DNA of 64,000 nt from Eggerthellaceae bacterium (lineage in GTDB: Archaea > Thermoplasmatota > Thermoplasmata > Methanomassiliicoccales > Methanomethylophilaceae). The notes under the pieces are model-generated. The model saw nothing but the letters and a program-made list of their open reading frames with translations, had not been told where the DNA came from and did not search any database. The position numbers and the translations under genes were made by a program. Of this stretch, positions 12,201 through 18,190 are shown piece by piece; the stretch's first letter is position 1, and each line of letters opens with the position of its first letter. The stretch is taken from NCBI GenBank assembly GCA_963651945.1, contig CAVJRF010000003.1, forward strand, positions 41,432-105,431. The letters are read 5' to 3'.

Positions 12201-12256
12201 ATGATTATGCACAAAAGTAAAGGTGATAGAATAACGATGGCTCTCCTGTTATTCAC
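3242..12256 (-). CDS. Giant adhesin-like protein: BspA-type LRR (LRR_5) array, InlB B-type repeat, PQQ-like beta-propeller, Big_2 Ig repeats, HFS-motif domain, C-terminal TM
   Basis: 3004-aa ORF, GTG start with GGAGG RBS. Many 'IP.SVT.IG..AF.GCT.L' repeats, 'VTFDAN...LPTPERPGFKFLGWY..LYAKW', 'SVPLIVDDRVYI...IVCLDANTG', and 'VTW.SS.PS.V.V...G' repeats. Confidence 0.9.
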   Translation of the reverse strand: MNNRRAIVILSPLLLCIIIVAGCIIAMDHESSATTETFSGITVEYTETDGGLIITKITQIPADGQLDLSKITNNGKGVTNLGTGSKIADAVKNSLKELVIPNSVTTIGAKAFYGCTELTTVSFSSEDNAGLITIGGEAFRGCSKLVMQIPSGVQTIGDKAFYQCTSLTTIKIPSGVQTVGTQTFYKCTSLTTITIPQTVKSIGQSAFNGCTGLLTTVTLEEGLETIGYTAFKGCTSLTTISIPSSVTSIDSTAFSGCTGLTTVTFSEGISAIGGLSGCTSLTTIRIPSSVTSIDSTAFSGCTGLTTVTFSEGISAIGGLSGCTSLTTIRIPSSVTSIDSTAFSGCTGLTKVTFDKGPGTIGEAAFSGCTSLSTISIPSTVKSIGKSAFNGCTKLNSVTLDEGLETIGESAFSGCTSLSKISIPSSVTSIGSSAFQDCSALNTITILNGSQLKDVGASAFKNCSSLISITSIPTSVTQYKQELFYGCSKLNSIGITDWNHATGFGSDWNTYEADGQKQVITCLTVDFSSLQDIKLDLLAAGIIPEGTKFNTITILNDTGQFEQDCFKGVSAKKLIINKITQASTKVFYDIDVKDVTISGDVTKIPAYYFTKQYQNTISASNGYITKLEITTTGNLDIGDLAFAGCVSLTSVNFGKVNNIGDRAFMGCKGLAAEDEYVDLTGVNGTIRTSAFDNTSYGLNVTSESKFTDPSGVKVDYSRLYINGKLYGTTELKVNDQCSIFYMNNDKYEGNEIMKVQVTGDVTELKLLDEWNITSIYNKTGEATVFGNLPFKTIDLGSKIKHIGTNAFYGSKTIESVTWSSDQVDLGNYAFYRCASLKTIGNSENSIVSVKSIGTNVFGDCTSLVYIAYSDDLVLGTQTFKGCSSLVFNTEGVVRVTADIGTEAFSGTAVKKAIISVEKLEGSSYQFQNCLSLKEVVIEKEGFPLPLGIFKDCNNLDSLTYGTAEDGVNVIKSDSIGDYALNNTGLKNITISSPTNGIVKIGDHAFDSCSELTEVTFSAYVDIDQVAFTTCENLKTVTFMQESSDSLGSKIGNGAFENCVLLTSSKGKERLELNGVTSIGPRAFNGCISIKEVYVSKALETVQVDSFIGCTSLMTSDGQSNGIAIESGGKMAVDGDMIITDATDGGKKIVMINPNVESIFIKKNISEIEGIKEVTATNLTVDSAISILPNLKRISVQDGNAKYKSVSGMLVTIEGVLVAVPCSMPTDGYLEISGIDTIGQSALRDVNVKELVIYGASDVQRIAFYQCDMLQRLTVDSGSGSLTFNIESLPRHIMESILIKGGDVKITNTDHLMVRSLTIVCKNVTFSQMAVNLESKEAYFMTSLTISADDTINWSENLVDNSKGLKQLTLASKEIKLHTDKIVNANNVKPVLNLSIDGLSFKEGLVDSSIDCYVSETMSTSWNGNYKGLIYYDADYGVLKAVKDTKVYVLSDFAKIESINSEGKFTVNSEDRFSPGDLIVQIKGSDGEMTLLTASDEMEYSIGSYSSSTVYLIIIDEKEDGSDGTKWHKVTFDANTGEDGTKIDISPIYIYDGHSILTSALPTPERPGFKFLGWYTSSDDTAAMYKANDAGHITVDCTLYAKWESLGDYLDLDSSAGIFYVLKDDGTIGEKYDGGTFTNGTVKLRFVPYTGYTLIGMGLTNLNEDVMQDDLTLSISSVSGYACITPIVKYFSSSTDLEYVVERDTPKPTDNIVLAWRFSGEVNQSGMAWSGMPSVPLIVDDRVYIQVNDRIVCLDANTGATISYIQTGVSTTQFYHYLGYGGGAGGEEYIVDYTSMKVYTYDLEEVCGIPKGIQYTVWHDGFFYGIVKDDESSKGTVWKMSPTQLDDSKVMKNLWEATQTDVNAFQYMYGTTSHAIVEGDVMYYISVNGRDITINALNLSNGAYGSRQLDKLYGYYLDDGWLTYYNGYLYITAYTKGLFGTYDVIGNSVIGYMKVDGTTINDPEYVIIKDKNGKEENRDSLTSAFVIQNGRGYLNITKASQSQVGYFQVFDIGEDGEPVFVEEVDSVASHGSIVASTYNLTKGADGKLNGEVYIYIMNYSAGQVICIFTDVCKDGEWTLSDKGVKFSIESGFGSQAVRVGTEGQLIFYNDSGFVYCYGTPEFAKKSWFFVDNGDTAEITTGDGVDGDSIKAFEKAVANMLGVRKATFDKTSGTVYALGATYYVYYYGNDGQAYSVKFTDTFNLNKFSKIKTFYLNKDVSSADNLDPDAKWDYVETKDEHVTVSVKDIVQDLRSYEPMTIEKLKPYVSYGYGDEYYTYYGQSGDVVELKLEKLPTKDGYTFVGFTDGQTIYKYSVNGDKITAPGYVLKGYVVLEAVWYEDNKTFNNVEVKIGDDLIVEDKDVTTLLVGFDGKVTVTLDGSGVYTISSSNNNILKIENGELVALKAGKAVMTVTVSSPIKDQTITVEVNVVEPTSSTVTLNKSSIGLYKGGSETLSASTDLDGVGVIWTSSDPKIAIVDSNGKVTAISEGIVLITATAMDNSDAKSVCTVTVSLKKVTAISLSQISKTMKVGDSSALTATIAPTDAEDKRVTWASSNPSVVSVTTSGAIQALSKGTAIITATSVDGSYSASCTIKVEGTVSEITLDKTMIRLEVGSNSALKATTYPDEALSDNIGWKSSDSSIASVSGGYVYAYKAGTATITVSYGDLTAVCTVVVSEKSVVKEDTKENTDGSKTVTKEEKTVSGDSTITTNTQETKDKNDKSMGSDVKISAESENKAVKTEATVKKDADGRVIESEVKTTVEAKIQTKDGKEIVSVSKEDILSAVDQIGAVKNTAGGSVEPVIVIDIGKASTAVSSSIDLSYESLIQIADGNDTTLRVNTSAGTLEMSSDVISTLSSDGSDLKLGIEKVSDEDVTKAMKEKVKDSTVFSLSATLGKTSIHQLGGKVSVTLPYALKGTVSSDVRIYHVDDDGTLKEMSCKYDAIGGTVSFVTDHFSYFVVSEESLIADEPTDTGGDNELNTLLKIVIGLLAALIAVAIVSMILRIRGN
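11209..11533. repeat. Perfect 132-bp (44-codon) tandem repeat, ~2.5 copies, in the LRR region
   Basis: tgcacccgctgaaagcagtggaatc recurs at 11221, 11353 and 11485, with identical intervening sequence. Confidence 0.9.
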
Positions 12257-12453
12257 TTATAATTCCTCCTTAAATTACTGTTGATGGCTGTTGTATGGGA
12301 TGATCGGACCTATCGCCATAGTAAAGAGAAGGAACGGCTGCTCATCAAGCGCCACTCCGTATCCGGCGCAATTGGAATCCTGCTCCTTTGCTCGCAGATT
12401 CTTCACTATAGTCTCAACACACGAACTCACACAACAACATCAAAATGAGCTTC

Positions 12454-12541
12454 GGGCAAGGGTTAGACGTCCCTGGATTTCCTGTTTCAACGTCCAACCC
12501 TCGCCCATCGATGTGATGCGACATCTATCCGATATCGCATC
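12454..12541 (-). terminator. Two intercistronic stem-loops (12454-12506, 12515-12541)
   Basis: 17-bp and 11-bp inverted repeats. All mismatches become G-U pairs on the minus-strand RNA. Confidence 0.6.
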
Positions 12542-12548
12542 CCACCAG

Positions 12549-13583
12549 TCAGCTGTACTGATATGTCATATACACCAGCCGGTAGCCCGAGCATACCATG
12601 TCATACATCGTGCTCGTTGTGCCGACATAATCGGTTGGCACGTTCTCCAATGTGCTATAAGCGCCCATGTTGAATGACAGGTAGACTCCCGAGGATGTGT
12701 TCTGGACCCAATATGTATAATTGGTTCCACTGACAGTACCGAGTCCAAAGATCGTTGTGATCCATCCATTGTATGGACCATATGCGTCAATACCAACCAC
12801 GTTAGCAGCACCTATCGCATTCTTAAGTGCCGCGTATGCATTCGATCCATATCCGCGAACGGTTATACCCGTTGTAAGATCTGAAGCCTCGAGAGTTTTT
12901 GATGCCCAGCTGTCCCCAGTCTTGTATTGTACAGTTGTTGATCCTGCTATGGATGGATCAGATGTGGTATCGATCTTAAGGTAGAACTCTGTCTCATAGT
13001 TAGCTTTGACATCATCTGATAAGACATCAATCACTGATCTTAAGGCAAGATCTGATGTGTATTCATCTATCTGCTCGATAATTGCTTCTTGACTACTCTC
13101 CTGACCATAGTAGAGTACTACATTCGCGGATGAAATTGCACCATCACTGAATGGAACAATAAAACCGATCGCATCCGGGCCCATAATCCAGGAATTATTG
13201 GAATAATAGAATGTAATCCATTTGTTACTACCTGCTTCTGTAACACCATTTATCGTGAGAATGTCACCGTAATTCGAATTGATCTCGTCATATGTTCCCC
13301 AATCATTGGATTTTTGTATGACGTAATCAGTCGACAGGAATGTTGTTGATGTCGTGCTCTCGTAATGTGATGCAGCAACGACTGTCGCTGTACTTGCCTG
13401 CAATGCCTGAAGGGCATTGTACCCGGACAGGTTCGTGTAATCTGTCCATCCATCTCCGTCATAGACGTAGATATTCATTGAGCCGGCTGTGACCGCTTCG
13501 GAATCGTCCGCGTTCATCGATACGATGAATGCGCCGAAAACGAACATGGCCGCAACGGCTACTGCTATTATTCTCTTACTCAT
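12549..13583 (-). CDS. Secreted/surface protein with DUF4430-like domains
   Basis: Signal peptide MSKRIIAVAVAAMFVFGAFIV, then GYNALQAL...ILTINGV...KWITF and NAYAALK...GWITTIFGL...YWVQ. ATG 13583 follows an AGGTG RBS. Confidence 0.8.
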   Translation of the reverse strand: MSKRIIAVAVAAMFVFGAFIVSMNADDSEAVTAGSMNIYVYDGDGWTDYTNLSGYNALQALQASTATVVAASHYESTTSTTFLSTDYVIQKSNDWGTYDEINSNYGDILTINGVTEAGSNKWITFYYSNNSWIMGPDAIGFIVPFSDGAISSANVVLYYGQESSQEAIIEQIDEYTSDLALRSVIDVLSDDVKANYETEFYLKIDTTSDPSIAGSTTVQYKTGDSWASKTLEASDLTTGITVRGYGSNAYAALKNAIGAANVVGIDAYGPYNGWITTIFGLGTVSGTNYTYWVQNTSSGVYLSFNMGAYSTLENVPTDYVGTTSTMYDMVCSGYRLVYMTYQYS

Positions 13584-13720
13584 AGGTAACACCTACTCTC
13601 TCTCATCTCGAGCCTAACTCCGACACATTCTCTCTATGAGCACACACGTTTGCGAATGCACACACTTGTAGGAAGCAAATTTCGAAGTAAGGTTCGAGAG
13701 ATTGTCTGTTAGATTTCTTA

Positions 13721-13738
13721 ATTGGATTATAAATCCAA
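13721..13738. promoter_or_regulatory. Palindromic operator overlapping a TATA box (surface-protein operon)
   Basis: attggattataaatccaa = TTGGAT-N5-ATCCAA. Reads TTTATAAT on the minus strand. Near-identical copy at 15094. Confidence 0.6.
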
Positions 13739-13910
13739 CCACTATTGGTTATGAGAACGATCGCTTTTCTAGGCAAAACACAACAATCAATCGAGAATGG
13801 TAGATTGACCAAACGTACATCCAAAGTTGGCCCTATTCGTCGACAAGATACCACAGGAATCCATCCAACCTACCCATGATTAAAACATGATGTCCGCACA
13901 TATTCTTCAC

Positions 13911-14498
13911 ATGGTACTTCTATTGGATGTCGATAGATCGGGCACCCCACACAGATTCACCGATGCGGATGCATTCCTCCTCCTCGAGATATTGTCCAAG
14001 AATCATGGGATGAGCAGGAAGGAACTGTCGAGGTACTTGGGACTCGGAGAGGGCAGCGTAAGGACGCTCATTGAGAAGCTCAAGGAATTCGATTTGATCT
14101 GCGTGAAACAGACCGGTATCACGATACGTCCCCAGGGGTCGGAGATCCTCAGATCACTGGGCATCAGATCCACGGATCTCTCCGTCGGGGAATATGTCAT
14201 GGGGGAACATCAGTTCGGTGCCGTCATCAGCGACTCGTCCGAGAAGGTATTCAACGGCATAGACCAAAGGAATATCGTCATAAGAACAGGCGGCGAAGGA
14301 TGCACGACATGGGCGAACAGGGAAGGGAGGATCGTAATGCTCCCGGATTGGGATGTCGATACGCACGAACCCTCACTATCGAGGACGATAAGGGAACATG
14401 CGAAGATGGGCGAGGGCGATGTGTTGATCGTTGCAGGAGGCGATACGGAACGTATCGCCATGATATCCGCCATAACCGCCGCGTTGGACCTTATCTGA
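13911..14498 (+). CDS. Winged-HTH transcriptional regulator (DUF4443-like C-terminus)
   Basis: MSRKELSRYLGLGEGSVRTLIEKLKE HTH, then GIDQRNIVIRTGGEGCTT. Start uncertain (13887 or 13911). Confidence 0.75.
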   Translation: MVLLLDVDRSGTPHRFTDADAFLLLEILSKNHGMSRKELSRYLGLGEGSVRTLIEKLKEFDLICVKQTGITIRPQGSEILRSLGIRSTDLSVGEYVMGEHQFGAVISDSSEKVFNGIDQRNIVIRTGGEGCTTWANREGRIVMLPDWDVDTHEPSLSRTIREHAKMGEGDVLIVAGGDTERIAMISAITAALDLI

Positions 14499-15047
14499 TC
14501 ATATCCTCGGCATGACCTTGATCGAAAGACTGTCCTTTACGACCTTGATCACCCTGAACAGGGGCAGACCCAACTCCGATGCGATCGCCAGACAACCCTC
14601 TCCATTCTGATACCTTTCGGTTATCCACTTCTTCCTCACGGCTATCGGATCCTCTGCGACCACATGCTTCTCGATCGTTCTGGGCGGTTCGTTCCAACGG
14701 TTGGAATTGCAACTGGGGCATCTGGATGGATCATCTCCCTCCTTCCTGCGTATCCACTCATGACCGCAGACGAGGCACGTACATCTGCTGGTCTCCTTGT
14801 TCCATGAGTATGAACCGCATCTCGGACACTTCATAGGCGTATCCTTGCGGCTGGTCCAGTCGAAACCGCATCTCTTGCAATGTACCGCATTCTTCGCGGG
14901 TGTCGGTTCGCGAACAATAACTTTGAATCTACCGCTGCAGTATGGGCATGTGCACTCACCCTTCGTAGCATCGACCTCATCGACATTCACCTCGACTACA
15001 TCATTCAGAACAACATCGGTACACTTCGTCATTTGGACCCCGGACAA
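14499..15047 (-). CDS. Multi zinc-ribbon protein with C-terminal HTH, putative regulator
   Basis: Five CxxC motifs (CPYC, CKRC, CPRC, CLVC, CPSC) and C-terminal YQNGEGCLAIASELGLPLFRV. Start may be ATG 15032. Confidence 0.75.
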   Translation of the reverse strand: MSGVQMTKCTDVVLNDVVEVNVDEVDATKGECTCPYCSGRFKVIVREPTPAKNAVHCKRCGFDWTSRKDTPMKCPRCGSYSWNKETSRCTCLVCGHEWIRRKEGDDPSRCPSCNSNRWNEPPRTIEKHVVAEDPIAVRKKWITERYQNGEGCLAIASELGLPLFRVIKVVKDSLSIKVMPRI

Positions 15048-15093
15048 TCTCCAATCCCCGTGTGTGATATTAGAATGATGTTCAGTTGGTCAT

Positions 15094-15112
15094 ATTGGAT
15101 TATACATCCAAT
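15094..15112. promoter_or_regulatory. Second copy of the palindromic operator, upstream of the Zn-ribbon/HTH gene
   Basis: attggattatacatccaat, 17/18 identical to 13721-13738. Confidence 0.6.
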
Positions 15113-15310
15113 CACACACGAATACATCCAACCGACGATGCCCGGAATCCACCCGTATGGATGGTGTGTTCCGATCAAGAACAGATGTGCATATGGGATC
15201 ATCGATTCTGCCTGTGATCACATATTTCACCATCATGTGATCGAAGATTGGACTGTCCCGTCTATGTGTCCGTAATTCATTGTAATATTACAACAAACTA
15301 CGAATGGATA

Positions 15311-16756
15311 TCATGACTGGTGTCCGATCTCCTTGATCCTCGTTATGATATCGTCGATATGCGACGGTCTGAGATTCGGGTTCAGGAGCGTGAACTTCAG
15401 CATCACACGTCCGTCCTTGACGGTCTGTCCGATCACGATGCCCTCTTTCAAGAGTTGACGTCTTATCCTCTTGTTCACGTCATCGGATGCATCGAAGGCG
15501 AACACTACTGAGGACATCTCCGGTTCCACGGGTGCGATGAAATCATCGTCCTTCGATATCTTCCCGTAGAAATACGATGCATTCTCCACTGCGGTATCGA
15601 TGATACGTCCGAATCCATCCTTCCCTCTGGTCTTGAATGCCATGAAGACCTTCAACGCATCGAAACGTCTCGTGGTCTGCATCGATTTACCGACGAGGTT
15701 GATGTAACCGTCCTCCTCGTCCTCCTCGCGGTTCAGATAATCCGCGTGGAGTTCGAAGCATTCCAGGAGCTTCGCGTCCTTCACGATTATCGCTGAACAG
15801 GATATCGGCAGCAGGAACATCTTGTGGAAATCCACCGTGAGGGAATCGCATAATGCGATATCCTTCACCCTGTGGCCATATTTCTCGCTCATGATCAATC
15901 CGGAACCGTATGCGGCATCCGCATGGAGGTGCATCCCGTATCTGTCGCACAGCTCCCTCATACCGCGTGCATCGTCGATGGAACCGAAATCGGTGGTCCC
16001 GAATGTGGCGACGGCACAGAACGGATACAACCCATCATCCACGTCCTCCTTCAGCATCCTCTCGAATGCCTTCAGACCGATCCTACATTTGGAATCCACG
16101 GGGATCTTCCTGACCGCAGAGTAACCCATACCGAGGATGTGGCTTGCCTTATCCATCGAGAAATGCGAGATCTCGGATGTGTATATGCGCAACTTGCGAT
16201 ACTCCGGAGGGAGACCGTCCATCTTCACGTCCCATCCGAACCTCTTCATACAATACCGATCGCGCGCGGCGATGATCGCGGAGATGTTGGATTGCGAACC
16301 TCCGGATGTGAAACATCCGTCCGATGTATCCTTGGGGAATCCGTACAGCTCGACGAGACCGTGGATCATACTCTCCTCCACCTCGGTGGCGGCAGGTCCC
16401 TGGTCCCAACTGTCCATGCTGTCGTTGAAACATGATATTATCAATTCGGAGCATATCGTCTCCGTCAATACAGGGGAATGGAGATGGGGCATGTACTTGG
16501 TGGACCACGTACGCAGGAGATGGGGCAATATCTCGTCCCTCGTCTCCTCGAGCACCTTATCGAATCCCATACCGTGCTCCGGCAGGAATCCCAATGCGCC
16601 TACCCTCTCCCTCAATTCATAGGGATCGATACCGGAGAACGCACTGTCGTCGGAGAACGAGTCGAACACCGCCTTCAGCGTATCGTCGATCATCTCCGAG
16701 AATCTCTTACGGACCTCTACATTCTCCGACAGAAGGAGCGGATCATCCGAGGACAT
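15311..16756 (-). CDS. ddc: L-2,4-diaminobutyrate decarboxylase (group II PLP decarboxylase)
   Basis: YMPHLHSP, SMDSWDQGPAAT, FTSGGSQSN, HADAAYG, VDFHK (PLP Lys), QTTRRFDALK. Overlaps dat. Confidence 0.88.
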   Translation of the reverse strand: MSSDDPLLLSENVEVRKRFSEMIDDTLKAVFDSFSDDSAFSGIDPYELRERVGALGFLPEHGMGFDKVLEETRDEILPHLLRTWSTKYMPHLHSPVLTETICSELIISCFNDSMDSWDQGPAATEVEESMIHGLVELYGFPKDTSDGCFTSGGSQSNISAIIAARDRYCMKRFGWDVKMDGLPPEYRKLRIYTSEISHFSMDKASHILGMGYSAVRKIPVDSKCRIGLKAFERMLKEDVDDGLYPFCAVATFGTTDFGSIDDARGMRELCDRYGMHLHADAAYGSGLIMSEKYGHRVKDIALCDSLTVDFHKMFLLPISCSAIIVKDAKLLECFELHADYLNREEDEEDGYINLVGKSMQTTRRFDALKVFMAFKTRGKDGFGRIIDTAVENASYFYGKISKDDDFIAPVEPEMSSVVFAFDASDDVNKRIRRQLLKEGIVIGQTVKDGRVMLKFTLLNPNLRPSHIDDIITRIKEIGHQS

Positions 16757-18086
16757 CCTTCTCGACCTCTTTGACAGCGTTCTCGAAGATCGTCATCGCA
16801 CGGTCGATCTCCTCATCCGTGATCGTCAATGCGCAGAGACATCTCATGACGGAACCGTAGCGACCACCCTTCTCCATGATCAATCCGTTCTCGAAGCATG
16901 TGTGCTGTACCTTGGCGGTGATCTCGCCGCTCGGTTCGGGTACGCCCATGATGTCCTTCGGACCGTTGGGGTCGATGAACTCGATACCGAGCATGAGTCC
17001 CCTGCCTCTGACATCGCCTATTATCGACACCTCATCCTTCAGTTTCGATAGGCGGGACCTTATGATCTCACCCTTACGGGTGACATCCTCGAGGAAACGG
17101 GGCTCCTTTATCCTGTTGACGACGACCGTACCTGCAGCGAATGCCAGCTGGTTACCGCGGAACGTACCTGCATGCGCACCGGGACCCCAGAGGTCCAGTG
17201 CCTTATCATAGACCATCACCGATAACGGCTGACCGCCGCCGATGGCCTTGGATATCAAAATCACATCGGGAACGATACCCGCATGTTCGAATGCGAAAAC
17301 CTTCCCGGAACGTCCCATACCGCATTGGATCTCGTCACAGATCATCGGTATGCCCAATTCCTTGGTTATCCTGCGTACCGCTTGAAGGAACTCCACGGGT
17401 GCGGGTATCACTCCGCCCTCCCCCTGGATCGCCTCCAATATGACCGCCGCGGGTTTGGTGACACCGCTCTCGGGATCCTTAAGTAAACGTTCAAAATATG
17501 CGATACAGGCCTTCGTACCCGCCTCTCCCCCTAGCCCCATGGGGCAACGGTATGAGTAAGGATAGGGCATGAACTGTACGCCGGGCATGACGTTGCTGAC
17601 CTTGTTCTTCGCATTGCAGTTCCCGGTGAGTGCCATGGAACCGTGTCCCATGCCGTGATATCCTCCGGAGAACGCTATCACGGTACCTCTTCCCGTGGCC
17701 GTCTTACATAGTTTTATCGCGGCCTCGGTGGCATCCGTACCGGAAGGTGAACAGAATTGGACCTTCGCCTTCTTGGCCAACTCTTCGGGTATTATCGTGA
17801 ACAGGGCTTCCACGAACCTGTCCTTGATGGGTGTGGCAAGATCCAACGTATGCAATGGAGCCCCGGAATTGATGACTTCGATCATCGTCCTATTGATCTC
17901 TTCATCGTTATGGCCGAGAGCATGCGTGCCCGCGCCGTTAAGGAAATCGATGTAACGTTTCCCTTCCACATCTTCAACAACCGCACCCTTAGCCTTCGCC
18001 ACCGCAAGAGGGAATTTGCGGGGATAGCTTCTAGCAGAGGACTCATAGTCACTCTGACGACCAACGAAGTACTGGTTCGTACCCAT
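16743..18086 (-). CDS. dat: Diaminobutyrate--2-oxoglutarate aminotransferase (class III)
   Basis: ESSARSYPRKFP, GAPLHTLDL, EAIQGEGG, DEIQCG, SKAIGG, HAGTFRGNQLA. Start set at MGTNQYF. Confidence 0.9.
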   Translation of the reverse strand: MGTNQYFVGRQSDYESSARSYPRKFPLAVAKAKGAVVEDVEGKRYIDFLNGAGTHALGHNDEEINRTMIEVINSGAPLHTLDLATPIKDRFVEALFTIIPEELAKKAKVQFCSPSGTDATEAAIKLCKTATGRGTVIAFSGGYHGMGHGSMALTGNCNAKNKVSNVMPGVQFMPYPYSYRCPMGLGGEAGTKACIAYFERLLKDPESGVTKPAAVILEAIQGEGGVIPAPVEFLQAVRRITKELGIPMICDEIQCGMGRSGKVFAFEHAGIVPDVILISKAIGGGQPLSVMVYDKALDLWGPGAHAGTFRGNQLAFAAGTVVVNRIKEPRFLEDVTRKGEIIRSRLSKLKDEVSIIGDVRGRGLMLGIEFIDPNGPKDIMGVPEPSGEITAKVQHTCFENGLIMEKGGRYGSVMRCLCALTITDEEIDRAMTIFENAVKEVEKDVLG

Positions 18087-18190
18087 ATGAGAGGGATTGC
18101 CCGTTGATATAAAAGTATATGTACCCCCTCCGGAACAGAGGGGGGCGACAGGGGCACGAATATGGCAGGAATGCGTGAAAACAGGCGATC

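Noticed and set aside
13584..13886. Canonical cobalamin riboswitch
   Set aside because: No B12-box or other consensus elements recognised by eye. Kept only as a generic structured leader.
15280..15293. Perfect palindrome ttgtaatattacaa
   Set aside because: Single AT-rich occurrence downstream of ddc, with no second convincing copy.
16743..18086. Ectoine synthesis (ectB)
   Set aside because: No ectA/ectC adjacent, and coupling to a decarboxylase fits dat-ddc.
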